From the NCBI GenBank assembly GCA_937625935.1, contig OW569395.1, forward strand, positions 186,001 to 250,000: 64,000 nt of DNA, in the 5' to 3' direction. A model generated the notes under the pieces. That model was not told the DNA's origin. It was given only the letters and a program-made list of their open reading frames with translations, and made no database searches. The stretch is from Tetramitus jugosus (taxonomy: Eukaryota > Protista > Heterolobosea). Made by a program: the position numbers and the translations under genes. This document shows positions 32,186 through 42,965 of this stretch, in pieces (the first letter of the stretch is position 1; the number at the start of each line of letters is the position of its first letter).

Positions 32186-33427
32186 TTACTCCTTGACAAC
32201 AAGCTTCTCCATGGATGGTTGGTAGTATTGTTCCAACAAGTCTCTGCAGCGTTGTTCAGAGGCAGCTTGGTGCTCACGAGCTTCTCTTGCAAAAGCAGGC
32301 TCTTCCTTGCTCTCACCAAAGAAGTAGTCAAAAGCAGCTTGTTCATCATACTTGGACTCCAACTCGTTGAGTTTGGCTTGCAATTCAGGCTTAATGTTGC
32401 ATCCAGCCATCTTGACATCATTAGCGGCAAGTTTGGCCAATGGGTATATTGCCTTCTTCAAGTAAAAGTCGAGGACCAAATTCCATGTCTCCTCATTACC
32501 CTTGTCCTTGAACAAAGTGTTCTTTCTCTCAAACTCATCAATCTTTTCGTGCAAGTTGTGAGAGTCACCAGTCAATGACAAAGAGTGGAAGTATGTGTGA
32601 TAGTGAGCCAATCTTGGATGGACACCGCTGACTTGCATCTCAACCCAGCACTTGTGAGCAACAACTGGGAGATCCTTGACTTCTTCAAGAGATTCCAACC
32701 ACTTGTCTGGGTTGTTGGAGTTGTCCTTGACAGTCTTCCAGTAGTAGACCCATGGGTCTTCCAACTCTTCAGTCAAAATCTTCAAGCAATTGTCTTGGGT
32801 CAAAGCTTGCAAAACAATCTTGGAGGCAGTGTTCAATCTAACAGCAACAGCTGGACCAACAAAGTTCAACTTCTTGATCAACAATTGATCAGTCTTGGAG
32901 TTGATGGCAGTGATGACCTCAGGCTTCAAGTGTTTAACAAGACCTGGGTTCAATGACACAGATTGTGGAGCAGCAGTAGAGTAGTGTCTAGCAATGCTTC
33001 TAGAGACTGAGACGAGAAAAAAAAAGATCGAGTCAGTACAATGATATTCAAAAAAGTGAAAAATCAGAGCGCATTTTTTTCACACAGTTTCTCAATTCCC
33101 TCTCTCGTTGCATGCACGTTCCAACTCCGTTTCAACAAATCAATCGTTCGATATCACAAAAGTCCAAGGCAATGATGCGTCAATTGCAATTTTCAATGGT
33201 TGTTGATGATCGAAATGTGGTTGATGTTGTTGTTGAAATCATACAAGGGGCGATTCAAGATAAATCCATAGAGATAATAGGAGTCGTTGTTGAAACGGAA
33301 TGGACATGCATGGCACAAGAGAGAGCGATGTGAAATGTGTTGCTCTTGCGAACAAAGAGGGCAAATTCAAATGCTTGACCTCAAATGGTTGATAAAGACA
33401 CTCACATTGTGGGAATCTGGACAGCAT
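32186..33427 (-). CDS. Putative mitochondrial protein of unknown function, two exons (33427-33406, 33006-32186; 280 aa)
   Basis: Phase-1 intron 33405-33007 (GTGAGT...ACTGAC...CTCAG) gives the presequence-like N-terminus MLSRFPQFSRSIARHYSTAAP. Strongly biased codon use. Confidence 0.7.
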
Positions 33428-33816
33428 GATTTTTTTTAATAATTTGTAGAGTGGGTTGTCGTTGTTTGGTTTTTTCGCCAATGCGCTAATGCTGGTCATG
33501 AAACTTACAACAGCAATTCTCCACAGTTGACCCGATTACAAAATTGAAGCTTACATATTTCCGTGGATAAATCGTCATTTTTGCGTCTATTCAAATTTCA
33601 AAGAACAGGGAGAACAGGTTCAGGTGAGACCTTCTGATGTTGGAATTCAACCGTGTTCAATTTCTTCCATGTTATCCACGGCAATATTCTTTCCTTTTCA
33701 TGAGGATTCAGTATTAGTCGGAAAATCATCAGATTTCTTGGCGGAGACATCTCCCGCGCTTTTTTTCACAGAATACACTCCTGTGCGAACAAAGTGGATA
33801 CAATTTCTTGTTGGTT

Positions 33817-35619
33817 TTACAAAAGTGAAAGCATCAAGCATAAACAAAGGGAGATGAGACCGAGAGCTGAAGAGGTCATTTGATTGAGCGAGACGGATGA
33901 GTTCTCCTGTTCCTCTTCTTCGGGAGCCACAGCATGTCGAGCTAACACTTCTGAAATACTCATGGTCAACTTTTGTGCATAAGGAATATGGAGCATCTCA
34001 TTCGATGAGTGAGCATTTGAATTCGGTCCCATGACTCCAGTAATGACAAATTGAGCACGAGGGTAAGCTTTTCCCAGAGTGTTAATACTTCCAATCGATC
34101 CTCCGGATCCTCTATAGACACTCTCCTTTCCATAATAGGTGGATGATGCATCTACCAATGCAGATTTGAGCCAGTTCTTTACATTTGGTGCTGACCAACC
34201 AGATGTAGCATGACTAACATCACATTTTACATGAGCTCCATATGGGATTGGACCCTTCTCCAGTAGTTCTTTGACAGCTTTTTTGGCTGCTTGAGGATCA
34301 ACTGTAGGCGGTAGTCTGATGCTGAATTTGAGAGTGGTCTCAGGTCGAAGCACATTGCCTGCAATGTCGATTGTGGGTAAACCACTTGCACCAGTAATCA
34401 CCATTGCAGGTCTCCATGTACCTCCCAACAACATCTCTACATCACTGTTGACAACAGGTTGAACACCAGGTAAAGTGGGCATGACTCCGAAAATTCCCTC
34501 AATGCCCAATACCTGTGCAGTGGCTTTCGCTTGTTCAATCTTTTGCTCTGGAATTTTGGTGTGCAATGCTTTTAACTTAATCTCACCAGTAGTTTCATCT
34601 TCTAGCCGAGATAGCAAGTGACGAGCTACACGGAATGAGTCTGCTACAATACCTGACCCACTACCAGAGTGGACACCCTCACTCAAGAGAGACACACTTA
34701 ACGTTCCGACCACAATTCCTCGAAGAGATGTGACGAGCCACATTCTCTCATAGTCACCGATACTTGAATCCATACACACAATCAAACTAGGATTACCAAT
34801 CTTTGGTTTCAAGGATTCCATATGGTACATCAGATCGATTGAACCACTTTCTTCGCTCGCTTCAATAATCATCACAATCCTGTGATGAGAGACATTCTGT
34901 TGCTTGAGTGCCTTGATGGCGACAATACTTGAGAATAGAGCATATCCATTGTCTGCTCCACCTCGACCGTATAGCACCTCTGCTGTCGGGTCCTTATCAT
35001 AAACGCCAATCACTGGTGTGTAGGGACCGAGTCCTGGTCTCCATCCAGTGTATGGAGGTTGCTTGTCCATGTGACCATACATGAGCACAGTATCATTCTT
35101 TGACGCAACATCACTTGTGGCATCAATCTCTATGACGATGATGGGTGTTCGGCTTCTCGTACCATTGACTCCATCTGTGTCTTGAACCATTTCAATTCTT
35201 AAGCCTTCGACTCCCTGAGACTCAATCCAATTGACAATCAAATCAATTGCAAGGTCCATCTTGCCATTGGTCAACACCTCATTGTCAAAGGTCGGTGAGA
35301 GGTTTGGGATCTTGATGAACTCTGACAGCACTGGGATAACAGAGGAATTGTACTCTGAAACTACAAACGCTCTTGTTCTTTCTGGATCCAGTATTGGATT
35401 ATTACTGGTTGCATGTGCCATATTCATCCCTTCTGTCAAGTGTTCAGCCTTGGACAATACCTTTGCTTTTGTAAACTGCGGGGATGACAATGAAGGAGAA
35501 GAGTTATCTGGAAGACAGTTGACAAGGATATCATACCGGACTATCAAAATAATGACCAAGAGCAATAAGCTCAGAAAGTGCAGTTGCATTCTGCTCCTCG
35601 ACATTCTATTCCCTCTCAT
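33817..35619 (-). CDS. M20/M25/M40 metallopeptidase with signal peptide and C-terminal GPI-type signal
   Basis: YGHMDKQPP, GRGGAD, EASEESGS and NAHSSNE metal/catalytic motifs. Hydrophobic N-terminus (FLSLLLLVIILIV) and C-terminus (ALGLISLCLCLMLSLL). Confidence 0.85.
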   Translation of the reverse strand: MRGNRMSRSRMQLHFLSLLLLVIILIVRYDILVNCLPDNSSPSLSSPQFTKAKVLSKAEHLTEGMNMAHATSNNPILDPERTRAFVVSEYNSSVIPVLSEFIKIPNLSPTFDNEVLTNGKMDLAIDLIVNWIESQGVEGLRIEMVQDTDGVNGTRSRTPIIVIEIDATSDVASKNDTVLMYGHMDKQPPYTGWRPGLGPYTPVIGVYDKDPTAEVLYGRGGADNGYALFSSIVAIKALKQQNVSHHRIVMIIEASEESGSIDLMYHMESLKPKIGNPSLIVCMDSSIGDYERMWLVTSLRGIVVGTLSVSLLSEGVHSGSGSGIVADSFRVARHLLSRLEDETTGEIKLKALHTKIPEQKIEQAKATAQVLGIEGIFGVMPTLPGVQPVVNSDVEMLLGGTWRPAMVITGASGLPTIDIAGNVLRPETTLKFSIRLPPTVDPQAAKKAVKELLEKGPIPYGAHVKCDVSHATSGWSAPNVKNWLKSALVDASSTYYGKESVYRGSGGSIGSINTLGKAYPRAQFVITGVMGPNSNAHSSNEMLHIPYAQKLTMSISEVLARHAVAPEEEEQENSSVSLNQMTSSALGLISLCLCLMLSLL

Positions 35620-35803
35620 TTCACTCCTGGTGTCGTGTCTTTGTTTCTAAGCGGAGAAATAGCGGACTTTTCCGAAATAAAAGCGCGCAATAGGCCGAAA
35701 AAAGTTGACAGAAAAAACAAAAATTTTGTATCCATACCATCACATCAACATCCAGTCTCACAAAAGCCACAAAAAAAAAACACAACAACAAAAGCAACAA
35801 TAC

Positions 35804-36649
35804 ATGACAGTCACCGATCAAGACAAACACGCTGCCAAAGTACTCAAAGACAAGGGCAACAACTACTACTTGAGAGATGAATTTCAACAGGCCATCAATA
35901 GTTACAATCAATCACTGGAGTATGACACGAGTGATGCCGTGATTATCCACTCCAACAAATCAGTATGCTATCTGAGACTAAAAAATTTTGAACAAGCACT
36001 GAATGAAGCGAATCGTGCCATACAATTGGACCCCAAAGCCACCAAAGCATGGTACTATCGTGCACAAGCTCTGGAACAAACAAGTGGTGAGAATGGGTGG
36101 CGCGAAGCTGAAAAATCCTATGAGAAAGCACTTGTCGTCGGCAAAGAAAAACAAAATGCAAAAAAAATTGGAGCGGCACTACAAAAGCAAATTCACAATG
36201 GATTGCAGAGTCTGCGCAGAAAAATGTGGCAACTCGATCAACAACGAGAGGCTCAATCAAGAGAACAAGTGGCTCAGTATGTGAGTGATATCATGACAAG
36301 AGTAGGCTCAAACAGTTCACTATCGTCGATCAATGGGATTACAGATCAGGAGACTCATCAGTTGAGAATCATGCAAGTCGAAAGCTTTTTTGAACAGTTT
36401 GCTCAAGTGAAGCAACCGAGAGAAGCTCCAGATTATTTTTGTTGTAAAATTACGTTTGATTTGATGATGGATCCAGTTATGACACCATCTGGTGTTTCCT
36501 ATGAGAGGAGTGCGATTGAAGAGCATTTGCGCGAACATAGCTATGATCCTGTGACGCGGCAACCGTGTGTGTCGAGTGATTTGCGGCCCAATTTGAATTT
36601 GAAGGATGCAATTGATGAATGGTCAAGAAACAATCCATTTTATCTGTAA
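35804..36649 (+). CDS. STUB1: CHIP/STUB1 TPR + U-box E3 ubiquitin ligase
   Basis: Three TPRs (LKDKGNNYY, HSNKSVCYLRL, KAWYYRAQAL) and U-box PDYFCCKITFDLMMDPVMTPSGVSYERSAI...PNLNLKDAI. Confidence 0.9.
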   Translation: MTVTDQDKHAAKVLKDKGNNYYLRDEFQQAINSYNQSLEYDTSDAVIIHSNKSVCYLRLKNFEQALNEANRAIQLDPKATKAWYYRAQALEQTSGENGWREAEKSYEKALVVGKEKQNAKKIGAALQKQIHNGLQSLRRKMWQLDQQREAQSREQVAQYVSDIMTRVGSNSSLSSINGITDQETHQLRIMQVESFFEQFAQVKQPREAPDYFCCKITFDLMMDPVMTPSGVSYERSAIEEHLREHSYDPVTRQPCVSSDLRPNLNLKDAIDEWSRNNPFYL

Positions 36650-37043
36650 TATATACATGAGATCTTTTTTTGTGCATGTTACAACCTAAAAGCTGTGTTC
36701 TTTTGTCGTGGTGTGTGTGTTGTTTGTCATGTGGTATCCCTGTGTCTTGAAAGGGGAGCGAAGGCGTCTGTGAATGTTCCCCAAGAAATTCTACCTCCCA
36801 GATGTCGCAAGCGAAGAAATGCAATCAAAATCCCCACATTCTTCGGACACAAAATATTCGCGTCGCTTTTCTTAGGCACGGAGAGGTTCCACACCCAAAA
36901 CACGATAAAATGCTCAGATGTGAAAATTTTATCTCTGACTCAACAACAACAAACAACCTCCCACCACCAACACAAAAACAAGCAAACACAACAGAACTCT
37001 TCTCTCTACTCTCTATACTTCACCAAGTGACACACCCAGAGAA

Positions 37044-38678
37044 ATGATCATGTCTACCACCTCAGTGAAAGAACCCTCCCTCAAAGGCCACAATAATATC
37101 CCTTCCGATTCTCCGATCCTACACGGGGAGAATTGTTCAAGGACTCCTGAAGAAGAAGAAGACAAGGCCGAGCCAGAAACAACAGAATTGACCAAGCAGT
37201 GCCAAGAAGATTTTGAAGATGATCATCAGAAGACAACAACAACCACATCATTGCATCCACTATTGGATCACGATAGGAGATTTCCCATTGTTCCCATCAT
37301 TGAAACACTGTCCTACGTGTTGATTTTCATTACGCTTGGTATGGGTAATTCTATTCTAGGCCCAAAATTGTCTCAATTGGCTGCTCAAGTCGGTGGAACA
37401 GTGAAACAAATGGGTTGGATCTTCACTGGTCGAAGCATTGGTTCCATTCTAGGTAATCTTGTCAGTGGAAAGCTATTTGATTATTTGAAAGTCAAATCAA
37501 CAAAGTTGGTCAATGTGGTGGTTGCTGTGATGGGCATGCTGTATGGTGTCATGTTCTTGGCCATACCATACATGTCCAATCTTTACCTGTTGGTTCTAGG
37601 ATTCATTGTGCTTGGTTTCACTGCGGCTTTTACAATCATGGGATCGAACCTAGGTATTTTGTGGGCTTGGAAAGCAAGAGCTACACCAGTGATGCTCGGT
37701 GCTCATTGCATGTTTGGTGTCGGCAGTTTTGTTGCACCTCTTATGCTGCGCTATGTTTCGAGTATGCGAGTTGCGTTTGCTGTGATTTGTGTCGTGAGTA
37801 CCATATCTGCACTATCGACGCTCATTGGTCCCATCATTCGATATGTGCTCAAAGAGACTGTAGAACTCGCTCAGAACAACAAGCAACAGGGTTCTACTGC
37901 TGAGCAAGAGCAGATGCGAAGAGATCAATCTATGAAGCAAAATGCTCGTGCTCTCTATGTGAGATCCAAGAGTATTCGAGTTGCTATTTTGTTGGGAGTT
38001 GCTCTTTCATGTATCGTCACCATTGAGACCATTTTTGCCAGTTTACTCTTTCCGTACAATGAAATGAACAACATTGTTAACGAAGAGGACAACAAGATGA
38101 TGATGACAGTGTACTTTTTGTGCTTCACTCTAGGCCGTGTCATTGCCACTATTCTCTCCAGTTTTATTCGACCAATGTATGTCATGATGATTGACATCAG
38201 TGGTTGCTTTATTAGTACTGCTGGATTCTTCCTGTTTGCCCATAACAAGCAAACCGTTTACATCTTTTCATGTATTATGGGTGCTTCAGTGGCTAGCATG
38301 TACCCTGTGACTTATGCATTCCCCAACTCTAGTATGGAGGGAGTGTCCAACACTGGTGTCATGTCTACCATCATGCTTGTGATGACTGGCGTCACTGGTA
38401 TGGTTGTGCCAGTGTTGATCACTGAGGTAATCGGTATTCCCAATATGTTTTGGACAGTTGTAGCGCTGTGCTTCATCTTGGCTGGTGCGTACATGTGGTT
38501 GTTCGTTTGGGCAGCTCGATTGAAGAAGGAAGCTTTGATCCAGACCAAACCTATGGACTCTGCATCGTCAACCTCCGCAGAAGCACAAGAACTAGCAGAT
38601 ATGGACGATGTTGAGCCTGTTACTGAAGGGTACACTGCCAACGACGACCAGCAAGAAGGCAACAAAACTCTGAACTAA
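37044..38678 (+). CDS. Major facilitator superfamily transporter (MFSD4-like)
   Basis: About 12 TM segments; ILGPKLSQLA, GKLFDY and AHCMFGVGSFVAPL motifs. Confidence 0.85.
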   Translation: MIMSTTSVKEPSLKGHNNIPSDSPILHGENCSRTPEEEEDKAEPETTELTKQCQEDFEDDHQKTTTTTSLHPLLDHDRRFPIVPIIETLSYVLIFITLGMGNSILGPKLSQLAAQVGGTVKQMGWIFTGRSIGSILGNLVSGKLFDYLKVKSTKLVNVVVAVMGMLYGVMFLAIPYMSNLYLLVLGFIVLGFTAAFTIMGSNLGILWAWKARATPVMLGAHCMFGVGSFVAPLMLRYVSSMRVAFAVICVVSTISALSTLIGPIIRYVLKETVELAQNNKQQGSTAEQEQMRRDQSMKQNARALYVRSKSIRVAILLGVALSCIVTIETIFASLLFPYNEMNNIVNEEDNKMMMTVYFLCFTLGRVIATILSSFIRPMYVMMIDISGCFISTAGFFLFAHNKQTVYIFSCIMGASVASMYPVTYAFPNSSMEGVSNTGVMSTIMLVMTGVTGMVVPVLITEVIGIPNMFWTVVALCFILAGAYMWLFVWAARLKKEALIQTKPMDSASSTSAEAQELADMDDVEPVTEGYTANDDQQEGNKTLN

Positions 38679-38778
38679 GAATGAAAGGTATTAAGTCCTA
38701 AATAAAATGTTGGTATTTAAGTTTTATTTATTGAGGGTATATCTCAATAAAGCATCGGTACAACCAATCGCACATTGC

Positions 38779-40218
38779 TTACACAGCCATGTCCATTTTG
38801 ATTGGTCCGTGGCAATCATAACCAGTCAACTCAAAGTCTTCAAACTTGAAGTCGTCAATGCTCGTAACATTTCTTGTAATCTTCAATGTCGGGAAAGGTC
38901 TTGGTTTTCTTGTGAGTTGCTCCTCGAGTGGTTTTACATGATTCTTGTAGACATGTGTGTCACCCAACACATGAACAAATTCTCCCGGTTTCAATCCACA
39001 TACATGAGCAACCATGTAAGTCAAAAGTGAATAGCTAGCAATATTGAATGGTACACCTAATCCCATATCACACGATCTCTGATACATTTGGCATGACAAC
39101 TCACCATCGGCTACATAAAATTGGCAGAACATGTGGCATGGAGGTAGAGCCATCTCTTTCAAGTCAGATGGATTCCATGCTGTCATAATAATTCGCCTAT
39201 CTGTTGGATTGTTCTTAATTTTTTGAATACACTCTGTCAGTTGATCTATGCCTCTGTTGGTGTAATCAGTGTGCATATTCTCATACTTTGCTCCCCAGTG
39301 CCTCCATTGGAAACCATACACCGGTCCCAGATCCATTTCTTCTCGATCTCGAAGCCCTATGCTATCTAAGTATTGTCTTGATCCATTTCCGTCCCAGATA
39401 TGAATCTTCTTCTCTTGCAACAGCTTGCCATTGGTTGTTCCAGCAACAAACCACAACAACTCTTCAGCGACACCTCTCCAGAACACTCTCTTGGTTGTCA
39501 ACAATGGAAATGAACCATTCCTAAGGTTAAATCTCATCTGACGACCAAATACAGATATTGTTCCGACACCAGTACGATCACTCTTATCATTTCCAGAGGC
39601 AATCACCTCTCTAATCATATCCAAATACTGGTACTCTTCATGCACAGGAGGCAGTCGTTTATACAACTTGAATTGATATTGAATGTCATGTTCAGTGTGA
39701 GCTGAATCCTTGACAAATTCCTCTCTAAACTGTTCAGGTCTAATCAATGGAAAAGTGGTATCATGCTCAATATCCGCATAAATCCTTGTAATGTGCAAGG
39801 ATTCACACAGGACATGTTTCATTGCTTCTCTGTACAATTGCCCTCCACCAATCACAAAAATTTTGTCAATAGACTTATCATTCTGTACAGTATCGAGTGC
39901 CGATTGAAGACTAGCCACCCAGATTTCATTCTCTTGACGTTCTTGTAAAAGTTCCTTATTGTGAGTCAATATGATATTGAGACGGTTCTTGAGTGGTTTC
40001 AGGTGAGATGGGATCGAATCCCAGGTCTTTCTTCCCATGATTATTGCATTTCGTATATTCTTATTGTAACTGTCTCCTTTACCGCAATTGCAATTGGTCG
40101 TCGAAGTAACATTTTGAAAGTGAGCCATGTCTTTGGAGAGCCGGGGCCATGGCATACCACCCTTGAGTCCAATACCGTTAGAATTCTCAACGGCAACAAC
40201 AATACTAAACGTTTTCAT
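38779..40218 (-). CDS. DHFR-TS: Bifunctional dihydrofolate reductase-thymidylate synthase
   Basis: DHFR motifs [21 protein letters not shown] and FVIGGGQLY; TS motifs [36 protein letters not shown] and C-terminal MAV. Confidence 0.97.
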   Translation of the reverse strand: MKTFSIVVAVENSNGIGLKGGMPWPRLSKDMAHFQNVTSTTNCNCGKGDSYNKNIRNAIIMGRKTWDSIPSHLKPLKNRLNIILTHNKELLQERQENEIWVASLQSALDTVQNDKSIDKIFVIGGGQLYREAMKHVLCESLHITRIYADIEHDTTFPLIRPEQFREEFVKDSAHTEHDIQYQFKLYKRLPPVHEEYQYLDMIREVIASGNDKSDRTGVGTISVFGRQMRFNLRNGSFPLLTTKRVFWRGVAEELLWFVAGTTNGKLLQEKKIHIWDGNGSRQYLDSIGLRDREEMDLGPVYGFQWRHWGAKYENMHTDYTNRGIDQLTECIQKIKNNPTDRRIIMTAWNPSDLKEMALPPCHMFCQFYVADGELSCQMYQRSCDMGLGVPFNIASYSLLTYMVAHVCGLKPGEFVHVLGDTHVYKNHVKPLEEQLTRKPRPFPTLKITRNVTSIDDFKFEDFELTGYDCHGPIKMDMAV

Positions 40219-40447
40219 GACTTTGTTCTGCTTGGTTGCACATGATCACTTCGGAAAGAAATATCGTTTTGGTCAAATTCATCTTTAACGGATTCCAACT
40301 GAAAAATATTTTCACAAAAATTTTTGCCGATTGCTTCCAGCAATAGGAGGAACCAACTTTTTTCGCGCTCTCCTACTTTAACGATTTTTTTGGGATTGGA
40401 AACAAAAAAACAACCACAAGTAAGAACAAATCGGTACAACAATAAAC
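40219..40447. promoter_or_regulatory. Bidirectional promoter between DHFR-TS and RPA2 with E2F-consensus site TTTCGCGC (40361-40368)
   Basis: 229-bp head-to-head spacer with an exact match to TTTSSCGC; function is inferred. Confidence 0.45.
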
Positions 40448-41501
40448 ATGTCCAACAACAGATACCAACAAAACAATTATGATCAAGAGGGAGGTTTCGA
40501 TGCAACCAACCAATCTGAAATGAATGATGACTACCATGGTAGTGGTGGTGATGCCACTCAAGGAGGCAGCACTCAAAGGGGAGCATACAAAAAGGGCACA
40601 AAGAAATTTTCCAATGACACTAAGCAGATTACTCCATCCACAGTGAGACAATTATTTGGTGCAAAGTTAGCAAAGGATGATCAATTTGAGATTGATGGCG
40701 TTCAAGTGGGTTTGGTGACCATTTTGGGAAAGATTGTGAGTTTGGTTGAGAATGAGAATTTGACATCATACATGATTGATGATAGCACTGGTGTGATTGA
40801 AGTCAAGAGCTGGAGTAACGACAATTATGCAAAGAGCAAGAGAGCAGAATGGCAGTAAGTTTTGGAATTTTTTGTTTTTTTATGGCGCCAAGAATTTTTT
40901 ACGATTTTGGAACAGTTTCAACTGACACACAAATGACAGAGTGGGTCTATATGTAAGAGTGTATGGCCATTTGAGACAATGGGAGGCCAAGAATTCACTT
41001 GTAGCTTTCAGAATGTGCCATGTAAGTGACTTTAATGAGGTTACATTCCACATGCTAGATGTCATTCACTCTCATTTGCTCAGCACCAAGGGCTCTTTAC
41101 CAACTGTGAATCCAAGAGAGTGGGAAGAAGCTCAGAACGCTCAGAGAAATGCTAGTGAAAGCTCTACTGGAAGTGGTGATTCAAGTGCCATGGTTCACCA
41201 ACAGAGTCAACATGCCTCTTCTGTTGTCCCTCAAGCCCATCCTCAAGGCAATGTTGCGAAAATGCAAGACTATTTGGCAAGTCAATCAGATAATCAATCA
41301 GAATTTGATCAAATCTGTGAAGCTGTGCTCAACATGGTCAGAGCTCACAACAATACGAAGAGAGGTATTCACATTAATGATATTTATGAGAGTTTGAATG
41401 GATCGTACACACAAGATGATGTTGCTCAAGCCATTAATCATCTAGGAACAGAGGGACACATTTACAACAGTGTGGATGACTACCACTTGAAGTGTCAGTA
41501 A
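40448..41501 (+). CDS. RPA2: Replication protein A 32-kDa subunit, two exons (40448-40854, 40940-41501; 322 aa)
   Basis: OB fold (ITPSTVRQL, IDDSTGVIEVKSW, YVRVYGHL, DFNEVTFHMLDVI) and C-terminal winged helix (EGHIYNSVDDYH). Intron 40855-40939 GTAAGT...ACTGAC...CAG. Confidence 0.93.
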
Positions 41502-41587
41502 GAGAGCTCAAACCTGTTTCATATTTCACTCCTTTGTAAGCAGTAATAAACTTGCAAAGTTTATATTTATACAGACAGTGAGCTAGT

Positions 41588-42880
41588 TCAATATAAATAT
41601 TCTGATCCACCCAGATATTGATGCCTAATCTCCTTTGGTAGGTACTTGTTAAACTTTTCCAGCCGTAGAATGGAGGACAGTGAACTCTCGTCACGAGTTC
41701 CTTGAATCATTCGAAGTTTGTAGGGTGGATCGAACGATTCGAGTTGCTGGGTGTATTTCTGGATTTCAGAATCAGACGAGATTACAGGCACATGATGCAG
41801 GTTACGATTACTGTCTTGATAACGACGCGTCAGACACAGTTCATTCAAGGTCTTTGGAGCATTAAGGAGAATACAAGTCAAAACTCCTGCATAATCAGAC
41901 AATATATGGTGCTGATTTCCATGGTAAAGGTGAGTAAATCTCAGTGTTTCTAAAGCCGAGCACTTCTGAAGGAACTGTGCTAACGCATCGTTTTCGACTG
42001 AAAAACAAATTGTTTCGATAGTCAGTTCCTTGAGATGGGTGGGAAGGTACTGGAAAAACTCCAAGTTCGACAGATGAAACTCTGTTTCGGATTGAGTAAT
42101 GCGAAGCACTTGTAGCTTCTTAAACCTTCTTAGACTCTCCAACATGTGGAAGAATCTTCCTTGGTCAAACATGGATTTGTCAAGCACGAGTTCTTCGAGA
42201 TTAGGACAGGCGTGGCTCACTAGAATTTCGACATCAGGACGTGATACTTTCTTTGTGTAACCTCCAATGGTCAATCTCTTGAGGCAAGGCAGTTCAATGT
42301 AAGGAGGTGAGTCATGAATGGATGTTTTTCTGTGACGGAAGAGGTCCGAAATCTTGAACAGTGTTCTCTCGAGTTTCAATTCTTCGAGCACAGGGGCGCA
42401 ACAAGTCAATAGATTTCGCAAGTCATCGATTTGAAGCGGTGTTCGCACAAGTGAGAGACTTCTTATCTGACAAAAGACTCTTCTGGGAATCGACAGTGGC
42501 AATGGAGTAACAACACTTGATTCTCCGGTTTCTTCTTCCACTTGTTCATCCATCCCAATCTTGATGGAATGAATCGAGTCACAATTCTTCAAATGCAATT
42601 CCTGCAATCCCTCCAAGTGAGTCATCATGGTATGCAGAACGGAATTCGTAATCAAATAACACGAATCCAGAGATAAACAACTCAGCCAAGGTCCATAGTA
42701 TTTACAATACGAGTAAATGAACTGAATGGATTTCTTGTTCCAGGCATAGTCCTTCCAGAGAGTATGATGCATGGAAAAATATCTCCACTCGTTTGACACG
42801 GCACCTACGGATTGAAGCAAGTTGCATTTGGGTAGGAAATGGAAGATTTGGATGAGGCAGTCATCTGGGACTTGATTCAT
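41588..42880 (-). CDS. F-box/LRR protein
   Basis: F-box VPDDCLIQIFHFL...VGAVSNEWR...LW followed by LxxLxL repeats. Confidence 0.85.
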   Translation of the reverse strand: MNQVPDDCLIQIFHFLPKCNLLQSVGAVSNEWRYFSMHHTLWKDYAWNKKSIQFIYSYCKYYGPWLSCLSLDSCYLITNSVLHTMMTHLEGLQELHLKNCDSIHSIKIGMDEQVEEETGESSVVTPLPLSIPRRVFCQIRSLSLVRTPLQIDDLRNLLTCCAPVLEELKLERTLFKISDLFRHRKTSIHDSPPYIELPCLKRLTIGGYTKKVSRPDVEILVSHACPNLEELVLDKSMFDQGRFFHMLESLRRFKKLQVLRITQSETEFHLSNLEFFQYLPTHLKELTIETICFSVENDALAQFLQKCSALETLRFTHLYHGNQHHILSDYAGVLTCILLNAPKTLNELCLTRRYQDSNRNLHHVPVISSDSEIQKYTQQLESFDPPYKLRMIQGTRDESSLSSILRLEKFNKYLPKEIRHQYLGGSEYLY

Positions 42881-42965
42881 TTTATTAAACTTTTTGTTGT
42901 GCAAATTGGAACTTTTTTGGGAGAACTCAAATTCAAAGTTAATTATTTACAAAAGGAGTCCAGTT

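Noticed and set aside
34945-34970. GGADN instead of GGADD in the M20 peptidase as an inactivating change
   Set aside because: The metal-bridging Asp is the first D and is retained; DN occurs in active relatives such as CNDP1.
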